A stretch of 64,000 bases of DNA, from positions 1,538-65,537 of the forward strand of contig CANJBO010000008.1 of NCBI GenBank assembly GCA_947472995.1, given 5' to 3'. The position numbers and the translations under genes were made by a program. Of the stretch, positions 10,691 through 17,518 are shown in pieces. Under the pieces are notes generated by a model, which saw only the letters and a program-made list of their open reading frames with translations, was not told the DNA's origin and ran no database searches. How positions within the stretch are numbered: position 1 is the stretch's first letter; each line of letters begins with the position of its first letter. The DNA is from Chloroflexota bacterium (GTDB taxonomy: Bacteria; Chloroflexota; Dehalococcoidia; UBA2979).

Positions 10691-12232
10691 ATGGTTTCCG
10701 CACCCGCCCCGCCGCCCGGTCCGCCGCCCGCGCCGAAGTCCGCCACGCCGCTGCTCGCCGTCGAGCTTGGCGACTGGGTCGCGCGGCGCGCCTCGACGCA
10801 CCCGGACGTGGTCGCCGTCGAGTGCGGCGACGAGCGCCTGACCTACCGCGCGCTGGATGAGCGTGCGGGCACCGCGGCGGGCCACCTCGTCGCGCTCGGC
10901 GTCGTCGAGGGCGAGCGCGTCGGGCTGCTGCACGCGAACGGCAACGACTTCGCGGTCTTCGTCCACGCGATCACGCGCGCGGGGGCGATGTGCCTGCCGC
11001 ACAACGCGCGCCTCACCGCGGCCGAGATCGCGTGGCAGCTCCGCGATGCCGGCGTGCGCTTCCTCGTCGCGGACGCAGAGCACGAGACGCTCGCGCGCGC
11101 TGCGGCGGTCGAGGCGGGCGTCACGCTGATCGCCGCGGACGATGCGGCATGGCGCGCGGGTGCCTCGATCGCCGGGGCCGCGGCGATTCCCGCCGAGCGG
11201 CCGCACAGCCTGATCTACACCTCGGGCACGACGGGGCGGCCGAAGGGCGCGATCCTCACGCACGGCAACTTCTACTGGAGCGCCGTCGCCTCGGCGGCGA
11301 ACCTCGGCGTGCGCGCGGGCGACCGCTGGCTCGCGTGCCTGCCGCTGTTCCACGTCGGCGGGCTGTCGATCCTGCTGCGCAGCGCGATCTACGGCACCAC
11401 CGCCGTCATCCACGAGCGCTTCGACGAGGCGCGCGCGGTGCACGCGCTGCGCGAGGAGCGCGTGTCGCTGCTGTCGGTCGTCGCGAACATGCTCCAGCGC
11501 ATGCTCGCGCTCGACGACGCGCCGTACCCCGACACCGTGCGCGCGGTGCTGCTCGGCGGCGGGCCGGCGCCGCGGACGCTGCTTGAAGCCTCGGCGGGGC
11601 GCGGGCTGCCGGTGCTCCAGACCTACGGGCTCACCGAGTCCACCTCGCAGGTCGCGACGCTCGCGCCGGAGGACGCGCTGCGCAAGCTCGGCTCGGCGGG
11701 GCTGCCGCTGCCCGGCACGACCGTCCGCGTCGAGGTCGACGGCCGGACCGCCGAGGCGGGCGAGGTCGGCGAGATCCTGGTCGCGGGGGCCACCGTGTTC
11801 GCGGGCTACCTCGGCCGCCCGGAGGCGACCGCCGAGGCGCTGCGCGACGGCTGGCTGCATACCGGCGACCTCGGCACGCTCGACGAGGAGGGCTACCTCG
11901 CGATCGCCGACCGGCGCGACGACCTGATCGTGACGGGCGGGGAGAACGTGTACCCGGCCGAGGTCGAGTCGGCGGTGCTGGCGTTCCCAGGCGTCGAGGA
12001 GTGCGCGGTCGTGGGCCTCCCCGACGACCGCTGGGGCGCCCTCGTCGTCGCGGTGGTGGTGCCGAGCGCGGGCGCGGCCCTCGACGAGGCGGCACTCGAG
12101 GCGCACCTCCGCGAGTGGCTCGCGGGCTACAAGCGCCCTCGACGCGTCGAGGTGGCCGCGGAGGCGCTGCCGCGCACGGCGTCCGGGAAGGTGCAGCGCC
12201 ACCTCGTGCGCGCGCGGCTGCTCGGGCAGTAG
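10691..12232 (+). CDS. menE: o-succinylbenzoate-CoA ligase (AMP-forming)
   Basis: Internal ATG preceded by GGGAGGA. ...LIYTSGTTGRPKGAILTHGN...QTYGLTES...WLHTGDLG...DRRDDLIVTGGENVYP...SGKVQR. Position at the end of the men cluster. Confidence 0.9.
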   Translation: MVSAPAPPPGPPPAPKSATPLLAVELGDWVARRASTHPDVVAVECGDERLTYRALDERAGTAAGHLVALGVVEGERVGLLHANGNDFAVFVHAITRAGAMCLPHNARLTAAEIAWQLRDAGVRFLVADAEHETLARAAAVEAGVTLIAADDAAWRAGASIAGAAAIPAERPHSLIYTSGTTGRPKGAILTHGNFYWSAVASAANLGVRAGDRWLACLPLFHVGGLSILLRSAIYGTTAVIHERFDEARAVHALREERVSLLSVVANMLQRMLALDDAPYPDTVRAVLLGGGPAPRTLLEASAGRGLPVLQTYGLTESTSQVATLAPEDALRKLGSAGLPLPGTTVRVEVDGRTAEAGEVGEILVAGATVFAGYLGRPEATAEALRDGWLHTGDLGTLDEEGYLAIADRRDDLIVTGGENVYPAEVESAVLAFPGVEECAVVGLPDDRWGALVVAVVVPSAGAALDEAALEAHLREWLAGYKRPRRVEVAAEALPRTASGKVQRHLVRARLLGQ

Positions 12233-12287
12233 ACTCCCCGCATCCCACCCGACGTTCGCGGGGAGGGACACGCGGAAGGCAGCACCG

Positions 12288-13508
12288 ATGACCGACGACG
12301 CCACCTACCTCGATCTGCACGTCCACTCGTCCGACGGCTCGGATGACGCCGGCGGCACGGTCGAGGGCTACCTGAAGTGGGTCGCCGCGCGGCGCGCGCA
12401 CGGCATGCGCTTCGATGGCTTCGTCGTCACGGAGCACCGCCACTTCGACCTCGATCGCGACTACTCCGCGCTGGCGGCGCGCTACGACGCCGTCGTGCTA
12501 CGCGGTGTCGAGGTGGAGACGGACATCGGGCACGTGCTGGTGTTCGGCGTCACGCCCGCGTTCCTCGATCGGTTCGACCTGACGTCCGTCTCGCTGCCGT
12601 ACGACGAGGTGTTCCGCGTCGCATGGGAGACCGGCGGCGTCGCCGTCGGCGCGCACGGCGGGCGGCCGCGCATCGGCTGCGTCGAGCACGTCGACGAGCG
12701 TGGCGTCACGCTCGAGGGCGTGACGGTCGTCGAGGCGCTGAACGGCGGCAGCAACGACTACGAGAACGGCCGCGCGTTCGACCTCGTCGAGGCGCGCGGG
12801 CTGCGGGCGGTCGGCGGCTCCGACGCGCACTTCGTCAGCGCGCTCGGCAGCTGCCTCACGCGCTTCGACCGCGTGATCCGCACGACCGACGACCTCGTCG
12901 CCGCGCTCCGCGACCCCGAGGCGCGCTACGAGCCGATGTACCTGGAGGACACGAAGGATGGCGCGGAGCGGCGCCCGCGTCCCTCGGGCGCGCCGGTCGC
13001 GCTGCCCAGCAGCAGCGGGCAGGGGAGCCTCGGCGGGGACGCGCTGGAGTACGACCGCACCGTCATCGGCCGCGAGGTGAAGGTCGGGGAGTTCGAGGTG
13101 ACGCGGGAGCTGATCGCGAGCTTCTGCGCGGCGCTCGACGAGCAGAACCCGCTCTACACCGACGAGGCGTTCGCCGCGCAGGGGCCGTACGGCGGCATCG
13201 TCGCGCCCCCGGGCATCGCGCAGGCGGTGCGCATGGGCCCGGCGCCGAACCCGCAGGTGAAGTTCGGCAACAACGGCATGATGGCCGGCCAGCGCTTCGA
13301 GTACTACCTGCCCGCGCGCCCCGGCGACCTCATCGAGGGCTTCGCGCAGGTGAAGGCGGTGTACGAGAAGACCGGTCGGAGCGGGCGCATGGTCTTCGTG
13401 GAGCGCCGCACGCGCTACGCCAACCAGCACGGCGAGGACGTCGCGGCGGTGGAGACGACCAGCGTGCAGCGCGAGACGAAGCCGCTGGACGACGGGGGCT
13501 CGGCATGA
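12288..13508 (+). CDS. fusion protein: N-terminal PHP-family metal-dependent phosphoesterase plus C-terminal MaoC_dehydrat_N-type hotdog domain
   Basis: 406 aa. PHP motifs LDLHVHSSDGSDD, VTEH, VEVE, GAHGG, GGSDAH. After a Gly/Ser/Pro linker, a hotdog N-type motif FCAALDEQNPLYTDEAFAAQGPYGGIVAPPG. ATG 12288 preceded by GGAAGG. Confidence 0.8.
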   Translation: MTDDATYLDLHVHSSDGSDDAGGTVEGYLKWVAARRAHGMRFDGFVVTEHRHFDLDRDYSALAARYDAVVLRGVEVETDIGHVLVFGVTPAFLDRFDLTSVSLPYDEVFRVAWETGGVAVGAHGGRPRIGCVEHVDERGVTLEGVTVVEALNGGSNDYENGRAFDLVEARGLRAVGGSDAHFVSALGSCLTRFDRVIRTTDDLVAALRDPEARYEPMYLEDTKDGAERRPRPSGAPVALPSSSGQGSLGGDALEYDRTVIGREVKVGEFEVTRELIASFCAALDEQNPLYTDEAFAAQGPYGGIVAPPGIAQAVRMGPAPNPQVKFGNNGMMAGQRFEYYLPARPGDLIEGFAQVKAVYEKTGRSGRMVFVERRTRYANQHGEDVAAVETTSVQRETKPLDDGGSA

Positions 13509-13969
13509 CGGCCGATCCGCTGGCGGCGCAGCGCTACTTCGAGGACGTTTCCGTCGGCGACGTGTTCGAGCAGGCCCAGCAGCCCTCGCACGCCCAGGTC
13601 GTGGCGTTCGTGAACATCTCGGGCGCGCTCGCCGGGGACGGGCGCTTCACCGACCTCGAGAAGGCACGCGCGGCGGGCCTCGAGAAGCCGATCGTGCCGG
13701 GGCCGATGTCCGCCGTCATGCTCACGCGGCTCGTGACCGACTGGATGGGCCCGATGGGCCGCGTCCTCAGCATCGACGTCTCGTACCGGCGCTCCGTGCT
13801 GCACGACGACCTGCTGCGCTGCGTCGCGCTGGTCACGGACGTCAACGGCGAGGGCGACTACGAGGGCACGGGCGAGGGCGAGGTGCACCTGGACGTCGCG
13901 CTGGAGAACGAGCGCGGCGAGAAGCCGGTGCAGGGCACGGCCGTCGTCGCCATGCCTCGACGCGGGTAG
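13505..13969 (+). CDS. MaoC-like hotdog-fold protein, paralog 1 (hydratase motif degenerate)
   Basis: MTADPLAAQRYFEDVSVGDVFEQ...FVNISGALAGDGRFTDLEKARAAGLEKPIVPGPM...RRSVLHDD...AVVAMPRRG. ATGA overlap with the upstream gene. Confidence 0.8.
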   Translation: MTADPLAAQRYFEDVSVGDVFEQAQQPSHAQVVAFVNISGALAGDGRFTDLEKARAAGLEKPIVPGPMSAVMLTRLVTDWMGPMGRVLSIDVSYRRSVLHDDLLRCVALVTDVNGEGDYEGTGEGEVHLDVALENERGEKPVQGTAVVAMPRRG

Positions 13970-14460
13970 TGGCGATGACCGGCGACCGCGCGATCCTTGC
14001 CGGCGACCCGCGCGCGGCGCAGCGCGCCTTCGAGGACGTCGCGGTCGGCGATCGCTTCGAGGTGCCGTGGCAGCCGACGCACGCGCAGGTCGTGGCTTGG
14101 GTGAAGCTCACCGGCATGTTCGCGGACGACCGGCGCGTGTTCGACCTTGAGGCAGCGCGTGCCGGTGGCCTCGACCGTCCGATCGTGCCCGGGCCGATCT
14201 CGGTGATCATGCTGGAACGGCTCGTCGCCGACTGGATGGGGCCGCTCGGCCGCATCCAGAGCCTCACCGTCTCGTACCGCCGCGCGGTGCTGCACGACGA
14301 CCGCCTGCGCTGCATTGCGCTGGTCATCGACGTCCACGGCGACGGCGACTACGAGGGCACGCCGGAGGGCGCGGTCTCGCTCGACGTGTCGTTGGAGAAC
14401 GAGCGCGGCGAGCAGCCGGTGCTGGGCACTGCCGTCGTCGTCATGCCTCGACGAGACTGA
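13969..14460 (+). CDS. MaoC-like hotdog-fold protein, paralog 2
   Basis: 163 aa, GTG start overlapping the previous stop by 1 nt. Collinear with paralog 1 (about 60% identical by eye); ends AVVVMPRRD. Confidence 0.8.
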   Translation: MAMTGDRAILAGDPRAAQRAFEDVAVGDRFEVPWQPTHAQVVAWVKLTGMFADDRRVFDLEAARAGGLDRPIVPGPISVIMLERLVADWMGPLGRIQSLTVSYRRAVLHDDRLRCIALVIDVHGDGDYEGTPEGAVSLDVSLENERGEQPVLGTAVVVMPRRD

Positions 14461-14464
14461 CGCG

Positions 14465-14932
14465 TTGGCGAGCCGCGATCTCCGCGAGGCGCAGCGGCTC
14501 TTCGAGGATGTGGCGGTCGGCCAGCGCTACGAGCAGACGCAGCACCCGACGCGCGAGCGCGTGCTGGCGTACATCGCGCTGGCGGGGATCGTCGACGCCG
14601 ACGGCCGCATCACGGATCTCGAACGCTCGCGCACGTTCGGCCTGGAGCGGCCGCTGGTGCCGAGCCAGATGACGTTCAACATCGTGACGCGGCTCGTCAG
14701 CGACTGGACCGGCACACTGGGCCGCATCGCGCACGTCGACATCTCGTACCGCCGCCCGATCTTCCACGACGACGTGCTGCGCTGCGCCGTCCTCGTCACC
14801 GATGTCGAGGGCGACGGCGAGTACGAGGACCAGCCGGAGGGGGCGGTGCACCTCGACCTCAGCATCCACAACGAGCGCGCCGAGGACGCCGTCCTCGGTA
14901 CCGCGATCGTGCTGATGCCGCGTCGAGGCTGA
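14465..14932 (+). CDS. MaoC-like hotdog-fold protein, paralog 3 (TTG start inferred)
   Basis: C-terminal 155 codons of ORF 14315..14932: LASRDLREAQRLFEDVAVGQRYEQ...ISYRRPIFHDD...AIVLMPRRG. Collinear with paralogs 1 and 2. TTG 14465 lies 5 nt after the paralog-2 stop. Confidence 0.72.
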   Translation: MASRDLREAQRLFEDVAVGQRYEQTQHPTRERVLAYIALAGIVDADGRITDLERSRTFGLERPLVPSQMTFNIVTRLVSDWTGTLGRIAHVDISYRRPIFHDDVLRCAVLVTDVEGDGEYEDQPEGAVHLDLSIHNERAEDAVLGTAIVLMPRRG

Positions 14933-14986
14933 CCGCGGCGGGAGTCGCGCGCGCATCGAGGCGAGTCATGTCGAGGATCAGACGAG

Positions 14987-15054
14987 GACGGCCCATCCCC
15001 TGCCCCTTCCCGGCGCGGGAAGGGGTTGGAGTTGATGAGGGTTGCACCCTCATC
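14987..15054 (-). repeat. composite palindromic repeat in inverted orientation (GGCCCATCCCCTGCCCCTTCCCGGCGCGGGAAGGGG plus hairpin GATGAGGGT-tgc-ACCCTCATC)
   Basis: Read directly. Reverse complement matches the unit at 15139..15203. Confidence 0.85.
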
Positions 15055-15138
15055 GGGCTCCCAGTCCGAGTCAGATGTTCGCGAATGGGCTGCGCATCGA
15101 GTAGGCGCGTACGCGTTCTGCTGCTCGCCGCTCGGATG

Positions 15139-15203
15139 TTTGAAGGACGAAGTTCTTCAAAGAACTCACCCCTCCCGCGCCGGGAGGGGCAGGGGTGGGC
15201 CGC
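15139..15203 (+). repeat. composite palindromic repeat (TTGAAGG..TCTTCAA hairpin plus CCCCTCCCGCGCCGGGAGGGG plus CAGGGGTGGGCCGCC)
   Basis: Read directly. Core identical to 4933..4970 and 47817..47852. Confidence 0.88.
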
Positions 15204-15252
15204 CCCGCTCTGATCCTCGACGTCACTCCTCGTCGAGGTGCGTGCGCCCGTC

Positions 15253-15963
15253 CTACGCGTGCGGGTCCGGCAGGGGCATGGCGCGGCGGTTCGCGTGGAG
15301 GTTCTCCATCACGCGCTCGAGCGCCTCGTACTCCTGCGCGCCGACGATCGCGTACTTCTCGTCGACGATGAACGTCGGGATCGCCTGCACGCCGATCGCG
15401 TACGCGTGCTCGATCGCCTCGTTCGTGTCGTCGAGGAACGTGCCGTTCGCGAGCCCCGCGCGTAGCTCGGCGCCGTCGAGGCCGCACGCCTCGGCGTGGC
15501 GCACGAGGACGTCGACGTCCATCAGGTCCTCGTGGTCGGTGAAGTAGGCGCGGAAGAGCGCGCGGTGGTAGTCGAGGATCTGCTCGGTCGTGCCCGTCCC
15601 GCGCGCGAACTCGCTCGCCTGGAGCGCGAGGATCGTGTGCGGCGTGAACGTGCGCCCGCGCCGGAAGTCGAGGCCGAGGCGCTTGCCGCGCGCCTCGACG
15701 GGCGTCTCCGGCGCATCGGGCGCCTGCGGCGCGCGCGCCCGCCCCTCCGGCGGGATCGACGGGTCGAGGAAGTAGGGCGCCCAGTCGAGCTCGATGTCCC
15801 AGTGCCGGTAGAGCCGCTCGATCTCCGTGAGGCCGACGTAGCACCACGGGCAGATGAAGTCGGAGACGACGGTCAGGCGGAGCGGCTCGGTGCGCTCCTC
15901 GTGCAGGTGGACCTCGGCGTCCTGCTGCGCGGTGTCGTGCTGCTCGGTGGGAGCGTTCGTCAT
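15253..15963 (-). CDS. DsbA-family (FrnE-like) thiol:disulfide oxidoreductase
   Basis: Last 236 codons of the chimeric 731-aa ORF: MTNAPTEQHD...VVSDFICPWCYVG (CPWC active site)...GVQAIPTFIV. Remainder of that ORF is antisense to rnd. Confidence 0.85.
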   Translation of the reverse strand: MTNAPTEQHDTAQQDAEVHLHEERTEPLRLTVVSDFICPWCYVGLTEIERLYRHWDIELDWAPYFLDPSIPPEGRARAPQAPDAPETPVEARGKRLGLDFRRGRTFTPHTILALQASEFARGTGTTEQILDYHRALFRAYFTDHEDLMDVDVLVRHAEACGLDGAELRAGLANGTFLDDTNEAIEHAYAIGVQAIPTFIVDEKYAIVGAQEYEALERVMENLHANRRAMPLPDPHA

Positions 15964-16000
15964 CGTCGTCTCCGGTCTGCGGGGCCACCTCGTCGCCCCC

Positions 16001-16009
16001 ATTCTGGCA
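16001..16009 (-). promoter_or_regulatory. extended -10-like element TGcCAGAAT for the dsbA-like gene
   Basis: Minus strand reads gtgCCAGAATggg 37 nt upstream of ATG 15963, with a GGAGA Shine-Dalgarno between. Same TGnCAGAAT seen at 46509..46517. Confidence 0.35.
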
Positions 16010-16046
16010 CAGCGGTCGAGGCGGGCGGGCTCGTGCGAGCGGCGCG

Positions 16047-16055
16047 TGTTATCGT
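16047..16055 (+). promoter_or_regulatory. extended -10-like element TGtTATCGT immediately upstream of rnd (implies leaderless or 1-nt leader)
   Basis: gcgTGtTATCGTcccgGTGGTG. The hexamer ends 16055, so predicted +1 is about 16062, next to GTG 16060/16063. No Shine-Dalgarno is present. Confidence 0.4.
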
Positions 16056-16059
16056 CCCG

Positions 16060-17259
16060 GTGGTGACCGTCGAACAGCAACTGCCGACCCCCGTCACGGA
16101 CGCCGTCGAGGTGGCCGCGATCGCCGCCGAGATCGAACGGCACGGCTGGTTCGCGCTCGACCTCGAGTTCATGACCGAGGGGCGCTACGTCGCCGAGCTG
16201 TCGCTGGTGCAGGTCGGCTGGGGTGACGACTACGACACCCCCCACGTCGCCGCCATCGACCCCCTCAACGTCGACGCCCGCCCCGTCATCGACCTCGTCG
16301 CGCGCGACGACATCGAGGTCATCATCCACTCCGCGCAGGCCGACCTCGCGCTGATCGGCGCCGCGTTCGGCGTGCGCGCGACGCGCGTCTTCGACACGCA
16401 GATCGCCGCGGCGTTCCTCGGCATGGGCGAGCAGATCGGCTACGGCGCGATGGTCGAGCGCCTCGCCGGCGTGCACCTGGACAAGGGCGCGCAGTACACC
16501 GAGTGGTCGCGCCGACCGCTGTCGGCGGACCAGCTGCGCTACGCGCTGGACGACGTGCGCTACCTCCCCGCGATCTGGCAGCGGCTCGCGCAGGACCTCG
16601 AAGGTCGCGGGCGTGCCGGCTGGGTGCAGGAGGAGTGCGACGTCCTCGCCGACACGTGGGCCGAGCGCACCCCGCCCGACGAGATGTACCGCCGCGTGCG
16701 CGGCTGGAACACGCTGAAGCGCCGCCCGCTGGGCGCGCTGCGCGCCGTCGCGGCGTGGCGCGAGCAGGAGGCGCTGCGCGCGAACCGCCCGCCATCCTGG
16801 ATCATGAACGACCGCTCGCTGCTCGAGCTCGCGCGCCGGCCCCCGGAGAACGCGAGCGACCTCGGCGCCGTCCGCGGGCTCGCCGAGGGCACGATCCAGC
16901 GCTACGGCGCCGCGATCCTCGAGGCCGTCGAGCGCGGTGTGAACGACCCGCCCGCCGACGATCCCTCGCCGCCGCGGCTGCCGAACCTCGGGCAGGCGTG
17001 GCCCGCGATCCTCAGCGGCATCGTGCAGGCGCGCTGCCGCGAGGCCGAGATCGCACCGCGTTTCGTCGCCACGCGACGCGACATGGACGACCTCATCGCG
17101 TGGTGGCTGGTCGGCGACCAGTCGCAGGAGCCCGACCTCCCGCTGCTCTCCGGCTGGCGCCGCGAGCTGGCCGGTCGCGACCTCGTCGACTGGCTGCGCG
17201 GCGAGACCGCCGTCGCCGTCGACCTCGAGACCGAGGCCGGCGTCCGCATCCAGCGCTAG
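16060..17259 (+). CDS. rnd: ribonuclease D (DEDD 3'-5' exonuclease plus HRDC)
   Basis: Part of ORF 15496..17259 from GTG 16060 (or 16063): ...FALDLEFMTE...IHSAQADLA...YALDDVRYL (Exo I-III motifs), then an HRDC-like LRAVAAWREQEALRANRP. Confidence 0.88.
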   Translation: MVTVEQQLPTPVTDAVEVAAIAAEIERHGWFALDLEFMTEGRYVAELSLVQVGWGDDYDTPHVAAIDPLNVDARPVIDLVARDDIEVIIHSAQADLALIGAAFGVRATRVFDTQIAAAFLGMGEQIGYGAMVERLAGVHLDKGAQYTEWSRRPLSADQLRYALDDVRYLPAIWQRLAQDLEGRGRAGWVQEECDVLADTWAERTPPDEMYRRVRGWNTLKRRPLGALRAVAAWREQEALRANRPPSWIMNDRSLLELARRPPENASDLGAVRGLAEGTIQRYGAAILEAVERGVNDPPADDPSPPRLPNLGQAWPAILSGIVQARCREAEIAPRFVATRRDMDDLIAWWLVGDQSQEPDLPLLSGWRRELAGRDLVDWLRGETAVAVDLETEAGVRIQR

Positions 17260-17306
17260 CTCACATCTCGCCTCACGTCGTCGCTGACCTTGAGGCCTCG
17301 AGGCCT

Positions 17307-17359
17307 CGAGCGGCGTGGTGCGCCCCCACCCCAGCCCTCCCCCGTGAAGGGGGAGGGGG
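17307..17359 (-). repeat. GC-rich palindromic repeat unit, 53 nt identical to 4807..4859
   Basis: Read directly, between the rnd stop and the carbonic anhydrase gene. Confidence 0.9.
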
Positions 17360-17518
17360 TCGGATTCCGATCCTCCCGATGAGGGGATGAGGGCGGAGGG
17401 ACGGCCGTGCCTCGCCGCCGAGGATCGGGGTTCCCCCGCGCTACTCACGCCCTCGCACGCTTCCGATGCTCACGGCAGTACCCGGCGCACGCCGGGCTCG
17501 CGCGCGTGGGAGCGACCG

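Noticed and set aside
12233-12287. Hairpin CTCCCCGC..GCGGGGAG after menE as an operon terminator
   Set aside because: The 8-bp stem has a 16-nt loop and no U-tract, which is too weak to call. Whether the hotdog cassette is co-transcribed with menE is left open.
15253-17448. 731-aa minus-strand ORF
   Set aside because: It is a chimera. Only the 3' 236 codons (DsbA/FrnE-like, CPWC) are credible. The upstream part is antisense to RNase D and runs through a palindromic repeat.
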